From assembly GCA_024704765.1 (NCBI GenBank), contig JAKMXF010000011.1, forward strand, positions 355,557-419,556: a DNA stretch of 64,000 nucleotides. The letters are read 5' to 3'. Positions 37,870-49,131 of this stretch are shown here, piece by piece. The notes beneath the pieces are model-generated. The model was not told the DNA's origin and searched no databases. It saw nothing but the letters and a program-made list of their open reading frames with translations. Within the stretch, counting starts at the first letter, position 1. The number at the start of each line of letters is the position of its first letter. The translations under genes were made by a program, and so were the position numbers. Origin of the DNA: Oopsacas minuta (taxonomy: Eukaryota; Animalia; Porifera).

Positions 37870-38686
37870 ATGGTGGAATATGCAGTACAAGACCTTCGGG
37901 GCACGGAAGTCGGATACACAAACAGCTAGGGGTACCTCTCCCTTCTTTAGCCATACCCTGCCATCTTGCTTTCTCATCGGTGGTTTGAATTGTATCCATG
38001 TTTCATCTCCTGTGACTATCTCTAATAACCGCCTAGGGTCACTTCCTTCATAAATTTCAAGGTTTTCCTTAGCCATTTGGAGTCTCGCGGCCTTTTGTGG
38101 AAAAGTTAAGCAATGTGGTACCCATCGCACTTGGACCTTCCTCAGTTCTAAATCCGCCTTCAGAATTGTGTGTGCACTTCCCGTTGAATGCCAACATAGT
38201 TAGCTACCTCCTCAACCGAAGAATGCGGAAAAGACTCGACATATTCCTTTACTTCACTCAATTTGTCATTGTTGGTCGCTAGTTTTGGTGCTCCAGGACG
38301 AGGGGCGTCTTGGACAGAGGTCCTACCTTCCCTAAATAGGCTCACCCACCTTCTGACAGTTGAATACGATAAAGTATCTTCTCCACATATCGTTGCCAAC
38401 TCGTCATGAATAGACTTGGGAGGGATTTCGAGAATGGTGCGAAATTTGATGTACGTTCGTTGTTCAAGTTCCGAAAAATTTGGACAAGAAGCCATGAAAA
38501 ATGTAAAGGAGAAAATGTAGGTTTCTAAAAATAACTGAAACTTAGGAAATAATTAAGTGATCAACTCTCTCTAAGTTTTGTTAGAAAGTTGAAATATGGT
38601 TCTATATAATTGCACTGAGAAATACTAGCTTAGAACTGCTATTTCATTAAAAATATACAGTGATTAGTATATATTGAATGCCCCTG
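37870..38686 (-). mobile_element. mariner-type element, 5' half only
   Basis: Terminus TA|CAGGGGCATTCAATATATAC. HTH region EQRTYIKFR..STVRRWVSLFREG, then RWVPHCL and IVTGDETW. Truncated after KVLYCIF, where it abuts the Helitron helicase. Confidence 0.85.
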
Positions 38687-38699
38687 TAGTTAAACTCGA

Positions 38700-39915
38700 G
38701 TGAAGTCAAATCTTTCATAAATATATTTTTGAATTCTTTTCGTCATTTTGGAAATTTCTACCTAATTGTTGTGATATGAATGTCCAGGATTACGGATTAT
38801 CTTTAGGATCTCAGGCTGTGGGGATGCTTAAAGCAGGAGAAACGTCTAAAAAGGTTGCTCAAGTGTTGAATGTCAATATTCGATCAGTTCAGAGATGGAG
38901 GCGTAGCGATAAATTGGGATTTTCAATGGAATCAAATCCTAAGTCTGGACGTCCGCCCAAAATTGATAGAGTTGCGAAAATTGTCATCGCTAGGTCTTTG
39001 GGGAAGAGAAGGCAATCTACACGAAAGCTAGCTCTGAGATTAACGAGAAGAGGTTGTAATGTCTCTCATACCTCTGTACATCGATATTTAAGAAAGTTTC
39101 TAGGTACTACGCCATTTAAAAGGCCTCGAAGGCCTCGATTGACCTTGAAAATGAAGGAAAACCGGATCGAATTTGCGCAGAAACACATGGATTGGACTGT
39201 AGAAGATTTGAATAGAGTTCTGTGGTCGGATGAATCTCCATTCGAATTGTTTCCAACCCCAAACAGACAGAATGACAAGTTTGGAGCAAGAATTCAGGTT
39301 CAATCGAACCCTGCACAAAGATAAAATTTCCGGCGAAAGTTCATGTTTGGGGCATGATGTCTCACCAAGCCCTACCTGAGCGGCATGTTATACTTCAGGG
39401 GCAAACTATTAATGGAGAGTACTATCGTACGAAGATTTTGGCTGGATCTTGCAAAGATGCGATCAATAGAACAGCAAAAAATGGATCGGTTTTACAGCGG
39501 GCCATGACTTCAAAGATGTCCGAGATAATTTTTATGCAGACGGGGCTCCCGCTCATACGGCCAAACTAACGCAAGAATGGTGCAAACTGAATCTTCCAGC
39601 GTTTTGGCAGAAAGCGGAGTGGCCTGGGAACACACCTGACCTCAATCCCATTGAAAACTTATGGTCAATACTGAAAAACAAAGTGGAAGAATTTGAGCAA
39701 GCAAGCACCGTGAATAACCTCGTCAAATTTTGGAAAAGGGTGGAGTGGTATTTCAGGACATGTTTTGCAAAATATGGTCTCCAGTATGCCCAGGCGAGTA
39801 GCACTCGTATTAGAAAGACAAGGAGACTATATTGGGAAGTAAAAATGTACTAATTGTTGTATTTTGCTTACGTTTGATTCATTATATAAAACGACAATAC
39901 TTTTGTTACTCCCTG
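38700..39915 (+). mobile_element. Tc1-like DD37E element, decayed, left TIR missing
   Basis: Coding about 38776-39841: LWSDESPF, MQ(D)GAPAHT..EWPGNTPDLNPIENLW (37-residue spacing). Right terminus GTTACTCCCTG|TA. Frameshifts. Confidence 0.85.
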
Positions 39916-40308
39916 TACTATTACATAAATAAGTAGCATTGCTATACTAATTAAGTAATGAATTCAAATTCTAAGATAATATGATATAGATATTGCACAG
40001 CGAAAGTACTTTAGATGGTGCCCAAATCTTCTAGGGGGCTCAAATTTCTCTAGGGGGCTGAGCCCCTCCTGGACCCTGCCTACGGGCCTGCTCCGGTTTA
40101 TTGGACCACTTATGTCTAGAGTAAATTGGTTCCATTAACCAGGGGTCATGTCAGAAATTAACTGAAATTTGGCACAGTTATTAAAGCACCTTGTTTAAAT
40201 TCCATCAAGTCGGCCAAATGGTCTGATTAACCGGAGTCCACGGGTATATTGTTTCCCACTACGAATAATTTATTATTTTTTATTTAGTTGGAACAGATAT
40301 TTACTAAC

Positions 40309-43300
40309 ATGGACGGCGGTCATCTCTTGAATGGTTTAGTTGCAGCTTGTGTTTTCTCAGGTGCTGATCAGTATTCTAAACTAGAAGCAATATCCGATGG
40401 TGATATAACCCCCACTAACATTTATGAGACAGAATGTCGGCCAAAAATACTTGGATTATTTGACCCTATTTCTACTGTTTTACCTTATTATCCTCCATCA
40501 GGCCTACTTGGTGACTTCTCGCAATTACGTTCCAATACCTCGAAGTGTTCACACTCAATTTCTTCTCTACCGCCTGAAATGATCAATAGTCTTTCAGAAT
40601 TCATCTACCCAGATGGTTTCTATGTATGGGGTTACCAGTGCAATTTACCCCAACCTACTTTCTCTTATATCGTGTTAACTGATATAGATGGAGACAGAAA
40701 TTTTTGTGTTAATGTTACATTTTGGAGAAGATTTCATGCACAAAAGTGCTTAAACCTTTCTCAATTATGTTATGAACTTACTTTGGGTTCTCACTTGCCA
40801 ACGTGTTCGGCAACTAGTGTAGAAATTTGTGTTCCATTGTGCGTTACTCTTATTTCGCGTGTCCCTCTATTTCAAACAATGAGAGAGTGCCTATCAAGTA
40901 TTGTGTCAGACCTAAACAATTGTAAAGATATCTACTCTGTACTACAAAATTTCAATTCGATACTTACTCTTATTCCTTCACCTCCTTCAGGCTCGCTAGC
41001 ATTACACTTTACCCTGAATGATCATTTTATTATTCTACCCGGCTTATCACAGGATTATCCACATTGTGATTCTCATCTCTTTTGGCCTTTTTTTTCATTG
41101 AGTACTGAAAACATATTAAAAGTATTTGGTTATATTCTTACGCAGCAGAATATAGTATTCACTTCCAACAATTACAATTTGTTGGCTCTAACGATGCAAT
41201 GCTTTTGTCATTACCTATTTCCATTCGAGTGGAGACTCACTTTCGCACCTTTACTACCAAAGCGGTTACTCGGTATATTAGACTCCCCTACGACTTTTCT
41301 ATGTGGCTGTCACACATTTTCTATGAAGGAAGTTGATTTACAAGAACTAAGGAGTATAATATTCGTGTCTCTTGATAAAGGTACAATTACTTGTACAGAT
41401 GACCTTACACTTGACAATCCTTCCCTTACCTTTCCTAGCTTTTATATTTCAAGATATCATCAACCTATCGACATTCTTTTCAAGCGTAGATGTCATTCAT
41501 TTCACACAATGGATATCGCAGCCACAGGTAATCTTATGTGCGAGAAGACTCTGCGAGTAGAATGGGAAGCTGATATGGACCATCAACTCATTAATCTGAT
41601 TATGAGTATGCTCACAGAAATCTTTCAAGATATACCAACATACGTCACTTATCCCTCAGAATTCAATTCTGAAGGCTTCCAGAGGGGACTTCTACAGGAT
41701 TTCAAACCATTTTACGAGGCTGTATTAGAAACAGACGTTTTTAACCAACTTATAAAACAGCTATTAAACAAATTGAAAACTCCTTTCACCCAATCACTTG
41801 ATGATATTAAGAAAAAGAAGAAATTTGATAATATTCAAGAGCCAATCGATCCTATGTCTTCTTTCGTTTGTATATCTATGAATGAGCATGCCCATGTACA
41901 AACAGAGTATGTTAATATGCATCATAGGCTTTGCGACACAGATATTGGTACTACTCGACACCAATCCATTCAGCCCAGTTTCTTAGAACTTCCTCCTTTC
42001 CCAAATTCTCCGAATTCAAATCCTGAATTTTTCACTGCTTGTGTTGATAGGATTAACGCACATATTAAAACTTCTTCAGCACCTTGTCGTGCTGAGTGTA
42101 TATACTTACGGGGTTACTATCTACTTGCCCTAGGCAACCCTTTAAAGGCAATGGAGGACTTTCTATCACACCTTTCAAAAATAAATGTCAATCTTGTACC
42201 TTCTGAAGATAGCTTGATTCAGATATACTCAAACCTATCTGAACAAAACAAAAATGCGCTTAGGAAGATGCCTTACTTCTCTCGATCGATATTTGAAATG
42301 GAACATGAAGTCTCTTTATCTCGGAGGCTTTCACAGGCAAAATTTCCTATCCAAACTCTAACCAGAGATGAGTTCGAGCTGCATCTCTCAACTAACGGAA
42401 TTTCAGCTAATAGCGAAACCTGTTCAATTCTCTTCTCGGTGTTAACGCATGGTGGGACCATTATAGCACCTGACAAACTTAAACAGTTTTCAGAATGTTG
42501 GTCTCTTGTTAGAAAAATTAATTCATCTCTCCAGCATAATTCGAAAATCGAGATTCCCACTAAAGAACAGATTGTGTATTGTTCTTGTGACAAGCCTGTC
42601 AGCTCTACTCCACAGCAAGTACAGCAGCCTCCCCAGCCTACACAACTTGTCAAGTACCATAATACCCAGGGACACCTCCTCATAACAGAGCATAACGTTT
42701 GGCTACTTCAGCTCGACAATAAAATTATACATCTCTTTAAATTTACACACGTGTCTACTTTCTTATTCACAGAAGTAAAAGAAAAACAATTTCAGAAAAT
42801 GTCACACGCCTTCGGCATTAAGATCCAACCAACTACTGAGATTGAGGAACTGAAATCTATTCGACAAGGTATAGATCGTATTTATAAGAAGTCCATTTAC
42901 CACTCCCTTAGATTCTATGATAAGAAAGCTTGTGTTTTTTTTATTGAATGTTTTAAAGAGATGCATGCTGCGCACGCACTGGTACAAAAACGTAAAGATG
43001 AAGCATACCTTGGAGAGGGTAAGCTAAACGTTCTACTGCTGGCTACGCTCCTGAAAATGAGTATTAAAACTCTTAATAGTGACTCTGATCACGATCCGAT
43101 ATCGCAAGCCATTAAGCAAGGATTATTCTATCTCCACAAGACACAGATAGAGTCTCGTGAAATTGATAATAACAATCTTTTATATAGATTTAACCCTCTT
43201 TCTACTGACACACAAAAAGCTAGTATCGAAGTCCTACTTTGTATTAATGACAAGCAAGTACAAAATCAAATATTCTGGATTGGATATGTGTATCAGAGAG

Positions 43301-44124
43301 AGTCTATAATTTGTATTTACGATTATCAAGCTCGTGTTGTTGTATCCGAATTCATTTTACACGACCAGCGTGTAGAAGCTATTGTAGAAGTGGGTGCTAA
43401 AGTATGGTTGAGTTCTCTCAACAAGTCCCTTTATATTGTAAACAAGGATAAGTATACGATAGATGGTCGTCTTTCTGAACCGAATGATGTTGCTGTTGCT
43501 TTCCACTACGATGCTCAACCGAGCGAGTTGTGGGTGTTATACCACAAGGGACAGATTGTAGTTTGGGATACAAGGTCACTGGAACAAAAACGTACAATAT
43601 TCTTAAATAACACGAAACAGGATCCTTCTCGCTACTCATCCATGGTTATATATCAAAACTATATATTCACATATACTTCTCGCTCTATATTGGTATTTGA
43701 GAAAGATCTGGGTGAGCTGGTATCCACTCTATATCTTACTGCGCCTGACACAGAAAAACCAATTGAAGCACGAGGCATGTGTATATCCGATAATCGTAAG
43801 ATATGGGTCGCTGGTATTAGAGAACCAATTTTATTTGTTATTGACCCAACAACCTTGAAATTTGTTAAAATATTGAACGTCAATGAGAATTCTTCAAGTT
43901 TTCCATGTAACGGCATCAATTCAATTCTTAGTGTTGGTGCTAGTATATGGTTAGGTGGAAGAAATGGTTGTATTTATATTTACGAAGATGAAGATTATAG
44001 TTTGAGAACATTTTTCAAAGCCCATCAGGATTCAATCAGATCCCTGGCTGTGACGAGATCGCAAAGTATTGTAACCAGTGGGAGTAACTCCCTAGATGGT
44101 CGGGTATCATTCTGGAGCACTTGA
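40309..44124 (+). CDS. DENND3: DENN-domain Rab GEF with C-terminal WD40 propeller (DENND3-like), single exon, about 1270 aa
   Basis: Uninterrupted 3.8-kb ORF. uDENN (EFIYPDGF..FSYIVLTDIDGDRNF), DENN core (LTQQNIVFTS..LFPFEWRLTFAPLLP..ILDSPTTFLCG), dDENN (FNSEGF..FYEAVLETDVFNQLI), WD40-like C-terminus (AHQDSIRSLAV..TSGS..DGRVSFW). First ATG is 40309; an acceptor-like TTTTATTTAG just upstream means a 5' exon cannot be excluded. Confidence 0.88.
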   Translation: MDGGHLLNGLVAACVFSGADQYSKLEAISDGDITPTNIYETECRPKILGLFDPISTVLPYYPPSGLLGDFSQLRSNTSKCSHSISSLPPEMINSLSEFIYPDGFYVWGYQCNLPQPTFSYIVLTDIDGDRNFCVNVTFWRRFHAQKCLNLSQLCYELTLGSHLPTCSATSVEICVPLCVTLISRVPLFQTMRECLSSIVSDLNNCKDIYSVLQNFNSILTLIPSPPSGSLALHFTLNDHFIILPGLSQDYPHCDSHLFWPFFSLSTENILKVFGYILTQQNIVFTSNNYNLLALTMQCFCHYLFPFEWRLTFAPLLPKRLLGILDSPTTFLCGCHTFSMKEVDLQELRSIIFVSLDKGTITCTDDLTLDNPSLTFPSFYISRYHQPIDILFKRRCHSFHTMDIAATGNLMCEKTLRVEWEADMDHQLINLIMSMLTEIFQDIPTYVTYPSEFNSEGFQRGLLQDFKPFYEAVLETDVFNQLIKQLLNKLKTPFTQSLDDIKKKKKFDNIQEPIDPMSSFVCISMNEHAHVQTEYVNMHHRLCDTDIGTTRHQSIQPSFLELPPFPNSPNSNPEFFTACVDRINAHIKTSSAPCRAECIYLRGYYLLALGNPLKAMEDFLSHLSKINVNLVPSEDSLIQIYSNLSEQNKNALRKMPYFSRSIFEMEHEVSLSRRLSQAKFPIQTLTRDEFELHLSTNGISANSETCSILFSVLTHGGTIIAPDKLKQFSECWSLVRKINSSLQHNSKIEIPTKEQIVYCSCDKPVSSTPQQVQQPPQPTQLVKYHNTQGHLLITEHNVWLLQLDNKIIHLFKFTHVSTFLFTEVKEKQFQKMSHAFGIKIQPTTEIEELKSIRQGIDRIYKKSIYHSLRFYDKKACVFFIECFKEMHAAHALVQKRKDEAYLGEGKLNVLLLATLLKMSIKTLNSDSDHDPISQAIKQGLFYLHKTQIESREIDNNNLLYRFNPLSTDTQKASIEVLLCINDKQVQNQIFWIGYVYQRESIICIYDYQARVVVSEFILHDQRVEAIVEVGAKVWLSSLNKSLYIVNKDKYTIDGRLSEPNDVAVAFHYDAQPSELWVLYHKGQIVVWDTRSLEQKRTIFLNNTKQDPSRYSSMVIYQNYIFTYTSRSILVFEKDLGELVSTLYLTAPDTEKPIEARGMCISDNRKIWVAGIREPILFVIDPTTLKFVKILNVNENSSSFPCNGINSILSVGASIWLGGRNGCIYIYEDEDYSLRTFFKAHQDSIRSLAVTRSQSIVTSGSNSLDGRVSFWST

Positions 44125-44652
44125 ATTAAGTGTGATAGAATATTTATTAATTTGAATAGGTGGTCAAATGGTGATTATTATGAATACGTATGTGTACATT
44201 TGCAGTCATTTGGTGTAATATTTTTACTTTGTATACACTTGTGTAACCCTAATATTCCAAATTCAGAATCTACGTCAGTGTTTGGAAGCGCTGCTCATAG
44301 CGCAGCGCAGTGCAATTATTACATAAGCAGCGCTCGTTTGAAACTTTAATAGTATCCATAGTTCTAGAATATAGAGGCATTTTTTTCGTACACTAAACTA
44401 TTGGTTGAAGGTCGGAGGAACCGATTATCTGTGGAATATGGCTTCATTAATGAATAGCATTTAAATACTTCGTTTTTGCCTCGAATATTCATCATTGAAA
44501 TACATACATAAATAACTCAATATTACGATCCAGCGAAGTGCAGCGCACTTCAAAAAAGTCCGAGCATAAAGATTTACACTAACCTTGATTTCATGTACTC
44601 TTATATTTAGGTCTCAAGGCAGTAGGCAAGGGGGGCTTGGGGGTAATAATTA

Positions 44653-46596
44653 CACTGGTCAACAAACAATTTGTTGCCTAAGATGTTAGATCCGTTTCTA
44701 TGTATATTTACCCCGGGGAATCTGAAAATGGCATCGGTTAATCCGAATTGGCTCTAGTTTTTGCGATACCTAATGTTAAATTTGGCGTGATAAGTATAAA
44801 AATAGTGAAGATATACTACACATAATTTCTTCACATTAATAGTGGCATGGTGTTTCAGTGGTGGCATCCAACTTTTTATGCTTCCAAGTGTAAAATTCAA
44901 TTATAGAAATTTGTAGTTTTTGAATGTAACTAATAACTGCAAAACCGAAAATTTGGAAGTATAATTTTATCATTATAGCTACTCCGTATGAAATACATTG
45001 ATCATTGTCAAAACAATTAATCGGTTAAAAGTAATAATATTAAAAAGAATACTTAACCTCGTTATTGAAGAACATCTAAAATCGTCTCTTATTTGATTTC
45101 TGTTATGGGATATCAGAGGGAATCTCGCTGGAGGCTCCAACAGTAATCTGCCATCATATGGGTTTCCCACCTGCCTTGATATCTCTCTTCAATGACCTTG
45201 ATGTCCTGATGAAACCTTTCCCCCTGTTTCTCACTTAAATCCGCAAGGTTTTCAGGGAAACGATTCCGGTGGCTAAATAGATTGTGAACCTTGATGCCCA
45301 TGTTAACGTCTAAATCTTTATTTTGTAAAGCATGTCATTGACCAATCTATGTAGTTGTTATCTTTATTATTGCCCAAGAAGTTATTGACTACCAAACCAA
45401 ACGCACAACACGCAGAAGATTCTAAATTAGTCATGGATTGGACGAAACCACTGTTTCTTATGAGACTGCAGATCTGAGGACCATCAAAGATCCCTGCTTT
45501 CAGTTTTTCATTGCTCATTGCTGGGAATGATCTGCAAATGTACTTGAAACAGGGGCCGTCTTTATCTAGAGATGTTACTACTGCTTCATTAAACCCAACT
45601 TGTTGTGGAGGGGCGGAAGAATGATTTTTTCTCTGGGAACCAATGGTTCATACAGAATGTTTGCTTCTCCAACTGTTAGATCAGTTCTCAGGGGTCATAC
45701 TTTATTTACCCAATGATCTTTGCGGGCTCTGCTGTCCCATAAACATATAAAACAAGGGTACTTAGTGTATCCACCTTGTTGGCCAAGTAGAAAGTTTACG
45801 ATCTTGAGATCAACACATATCAACCACTGGTGTTCATGATATTTCAATTTTCGCAATACCATTTAAATATTTTCATACTCCTCCTTAAGCTTTGTTGAAT
45901 GTCCATTTGGAATAGATGCATATTTATTTCCATTATGCAATAAAACGCACTTCAAGCTTCTCTTGGAACTATCAATGATTAGACGCCAATCTTCTGATCT
46001 ATATTGTGGTACTCCCATTTCCAGGAGAAGTCTCCAATGTCATTGCAGAAGACGAGGCCTTCTTGTTGGTTAAGTAATGAAGTAATCCTTCTTCTCTATG
46101 ACGATAATATGATATCTTAGTTCCAGGGCTAAGAATATTCTTCTCGTTGAGTCTGGATGCAAAATTTCTGAACACTCTTTAGACGGGTTGAAGTCCCTGA
46201 TTGAATTGACCAGATAATGAAGAGCTGTCTTGGTCTCCAAGCTTTCCCTCAAGGTAAGCAAAGTATGCCTTTCGCACGAAATCTGAGATACCTCTTCTTT
46301 GATGTTTCAACGTATATTCACCACATATGTAACAGAACGTATTAGGATTATTAGAATATTTTCTTCTTGACGATGCTATAGAGTTAGATTATGCTAGATA
46401 CTTATAATTATAAAAGTATTGATTAATTGAATATACATTGAAAAAGGTAACTAACACTATAAACATAAATGTGGACCAAAATCAAGAGCCAATCCAGCAA
46501 AGCCGATGTCATTTCGAACTCAGCACGGCAAATATAGTCTAAATTCAATCTAAAATCTTAGGCAACAGAAACAAAAATATTTTTTGTTGGCCTGTG
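44653..46596 (-). mobile_element. Chapaev3 (CMC) transposon, decayed
   Basis: CAC-starting imperfect TIRs (CACTGGTCAACAAA..TTGCCTAAGAT / ATCTTAGGCAA..TTTGTTGGCCTGTG) with TTA on both flanks (TWA TSD). Fragments WRLIIDSSKRSLKCVLLHNGN, ICVDLKIVNFLLGQQGGYTKYPCF, GIFDGPQI, QGERFHQDI..RYQGRW..MMADYCW. Confidence 0.85.
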
Positions 46597-47724
46597 TTAT
46601 TAAGCCATGGAAATTAACGCTCAAGGGTGTTCACGTTATGGAAATGAACGCAAACATGAGAAAATCGCGTTTATCCCTACTACATAGCCTACTCTACTAT
46701 AAGCCCTGCCAACCTCTTGTAATTTTGGACCAGGGATTCTGTCAGAGATGGTATTTACGGTATTTTGAAAGGTATTTTACGTATAGATTCAATATTGCAG
46801 AAACGGTGCATTTTTTGCCCGAATAAATGTATTGCATAATTATAGAACAATATATTATCTACCAGTATATCTATGCTAAAAATTCAAGAATGTGTGAAAA
46901 TATGTGTCTAGTAAGTATTTATTTGTCAAAATGTGCCATTCTTTATTGCCTTGTAAAATGGCGAATATATTGCATCTTTCATTTCAAAATATGAGATGAT
47001 CTTTGGATACTTTTTTGCAGAATATCAAAATTTTGTCATGAAATCTTGCCTCGTTCTTGAGTTACTGGAGTTATATACCATGGTTGAGACATATTTATGA
47101 ATATCCAATTGGAATTCGATAAGGCCACTGTTAGTTGTAAACATGTTTCAGCTCCACCGTTCGCATCCGATTTGGCCACCGCACTATTACTGTTATTATT
47201 GTCATCACTTCACCATATACTCGATTATATTTCAACTACTAAGTGTATAACCTTGCTATAGCACGATATAAGTTGCTTTTACATAGTCAAATTTGACTTA
47301 AGTAATTATAATATTTTTATGAATGAAGTCAATGAACCAATTTTCCAGCTGATACTTCACAAAATAATGAGATAATTAATTAATTATAATGAACCAAGCA
47401 TTCATATTCAGTTGGATCTAATGGTGAGCTGAAACAAGTTTCTCATTAACAGTGGCCTAATAAATTGATTAGAAAAATACTTAAACTAACCTGCACAAGC
47501 TGTCGCGCAGCGACCTAGCAAGCAAACCGCACTACTAATACATACAAACACATAGAAAATTATCTGGACACAACTTTCACCGCGTAGATTAGGTACATGC
47601 TAGCGCATGCCTTGGGTACGCGGTGAACTACTCGCTGAGTTGTTTTGAATATATGATTTTCATAGTCTTTTCACTTGCTTTTAGCTTACTCCACTATCTA
47701 TATAACATCAAGGTTATATTCGTT

Positions 47725-49131
47725 ATGGATGGGGGCAAACAACTTGTTTCTATCCTTCATCCCCCTATTGGCTTACAACCCTCCCCTACAGACACTCCTG
47801 CTTTCCTCTTCAAGTTATGGAAAGTATTAGAAGCTGAAGAATACGCTCAGTTTATTTCCTGGAGCAAGAATGGTAATAGTTTTATTATTTATGACCAGAA
47901 TCAGTTTTCTCAGGTTGTACTACCAAATTTTTTTAAGCACAGTCATTTCACGAGTTTTGTGCGCCAACTAAATATGTATGGCTTTCGTAAGCTTACTAAC
48001 ATGACGTATACCTCTAATACTCCTGGCCAAGAATCAATGGAGTTCCACCATCCCCATTTTATAAAAGGCCACCCAAGTATGTTGGAATATGTGAAGCGTA
48101 AGTCGCCTTCTAGCCTCCGAATAGGAAATAGGACTATCAAAACAGCTGATCTTGAGAAACTAATTACTGACTTTGAACATATTAAATTCGAACACGAGAA
48201 GGTATTACGTGAGATGAACGACCTAAAGACTGAAAATAACGGTTTGAGATCAGAAGTGGCACAGCTAAAGAATAAGTACTCGCGTCATGAACAGGTGCTT
48301 ACCCGTATGATGAACTTCATCATTCTCAACGCAATTTATCCAGAACGTACCCCTAGTCTGCTACCTGGAATCAAACGTCGTAGAAAAATACTAGAACTAA
48401 ACAATACCTCGAACACTGTGGCTATTCCTGAGGGCATAAATCCCCCACTTTCTCTTCATCCGCCTTATGATGACATATCACAAACAGCGCGTTCTCTACT
48501 ACAGCCTATAGATTCAGCTAATATACCCTACCATCCTTACTTCAACGTAGACAATAGCTTACCTACTCAAGATGCTGCACATAATTCTCTCACACTCTAC
48601 AATGCCAATTATCAGGGGGGTATGCATAATGATGATTATTCTCTTGCACTAGCCCCCGACCTCGGACAAGTAAAATTACAGCAACAGAAACAGCCTCATA
48701 TCCGTGATGACATACGTAAGGCTATTTTAGCTAAGACAGGAGCGAATAATAACGAGGTTGTACATCAAAACAGCGAAGATATTTCATATCCATCGTTCCA
48801 AAATCAAAATGAACGCTATCCCAATGAGTATGCAACCACTGACTTCGACCAATATATGCCACAGGACGACGATAATATCGTAGAATTCCCAGATGATATT
48901 GCATTTGACTCGAGTATCCTCTCAGAATTCCTACTGCCTAATCCCGGAACTCTTGATGCCCCTCTCTTACAAAATTTCAACAATCTCTCTGCCACTTCAG
49001 ACCTGTTTAATTCTAGCTTAAATTTAGAAACAGATTCCCAAACTTTCGGAATTATGCACAGACCTGAAGAATCCAAAGAAGACACCCCAGCTCCCCTATA
49101 CCCTCCTGCTAATGAAAGACCACTTATTTAA
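47725..49131 (+). CDS. HSF1: Heat shock transcription factor, single exon, about 468 aa
   Basis: HSF DNA-binding domain PAFLFKLWKVL..ISWS..GNSF..LPNFFKH..SFVRQLNMYGFRK..EFHHPHFIKG, then an HR-A/B heptad coiled coil (LEKLITDF..LKTENNGLRSEVAQLK) and an acidic tail. Orthology to HSF1 versus other HSFs is not resolved. Confidence 0.92.
   Translation: MDGGKQLVSILHPPIGLQPSPTDTPAFLFKLWKVLEAEEYAQFISWSKNGNSFIIYDQNQFSQVVLPNFFKHSHFTSFVRQLNMYGFRKLTNMTYTSNTPGQESMEFHHPHFIKGHPSMLEYVKRKSPSSLRIGNRTIKTADLEKLITDFEHIKFEHEKVLREMNDLKTENNGLRSEVAQLKNKYSRHEQVLTRMMNFIILNAIYPERTPSLLPGIKRRRKILELNNTSNTVAIPEGINPPLSLHPPYDDISQTARSLLQPIDSANIPYHPYFNVDNSLPTQDAAHNSLTLYNANYQGGMHNDDYSLALAPDLGQVKLQQQKQPHIRDDIRKAILAKTGANNNEVVHQNSEDISYPSFQNQNERYPNEYATTDFDQYMPQDDDNIVEFPDDIAFDSSILSEFLLPNPGTLDAPLLQNFNNLSATSDLFNSSLNLETDSQTFGIMHRPEESKEDTPAPLYPPANERPLI

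Larger units (their letters stand above)
34040..37875 (+). mobile_element. Helitron RepHel pseudogene (HUH Rep endonuclease plus PIF1 helicase)
   Basis: N-terminal ET..R..RL repeats; FREKIRTYNCALAFAS; YDALHYLLLFP; RVILPSSHAGSPR; YGEPDLFISLTCNPKW; FQKRSLPHAHIL; FGGK..DFRQILPV; GMPPHRLILK; RRQF..PAFCITINK; FSHGQMYVGLSRV. Disrupted by MITEs. Ends approximate. Confidence 0.92.

Noticed and set aside
47623-47724. Hydrophobic N-terminal extension of the HSF ORF (possible membrane-tethered HSF)
   Set aside because: It is AT-rich, UTR-like sequence that merely lacks a stop. The ATG at 47725 gives a normal HSF N-terminus and nothing supports the extension.
40309-47736. DENND3 and HSF both begin MDGG
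   Set aside because: The underlying nucleotides differ (ATGGACGGCGGT vs ATGGATGGGGGC) and the upstream sequences are unrelated. Coincidence.
41372-49085. Several antisense or alternate-frame ORFs overlapping DENND3 and HSF
   Set aside because: Short shadow ORFs of real coding sequence with no recognisable motifs.
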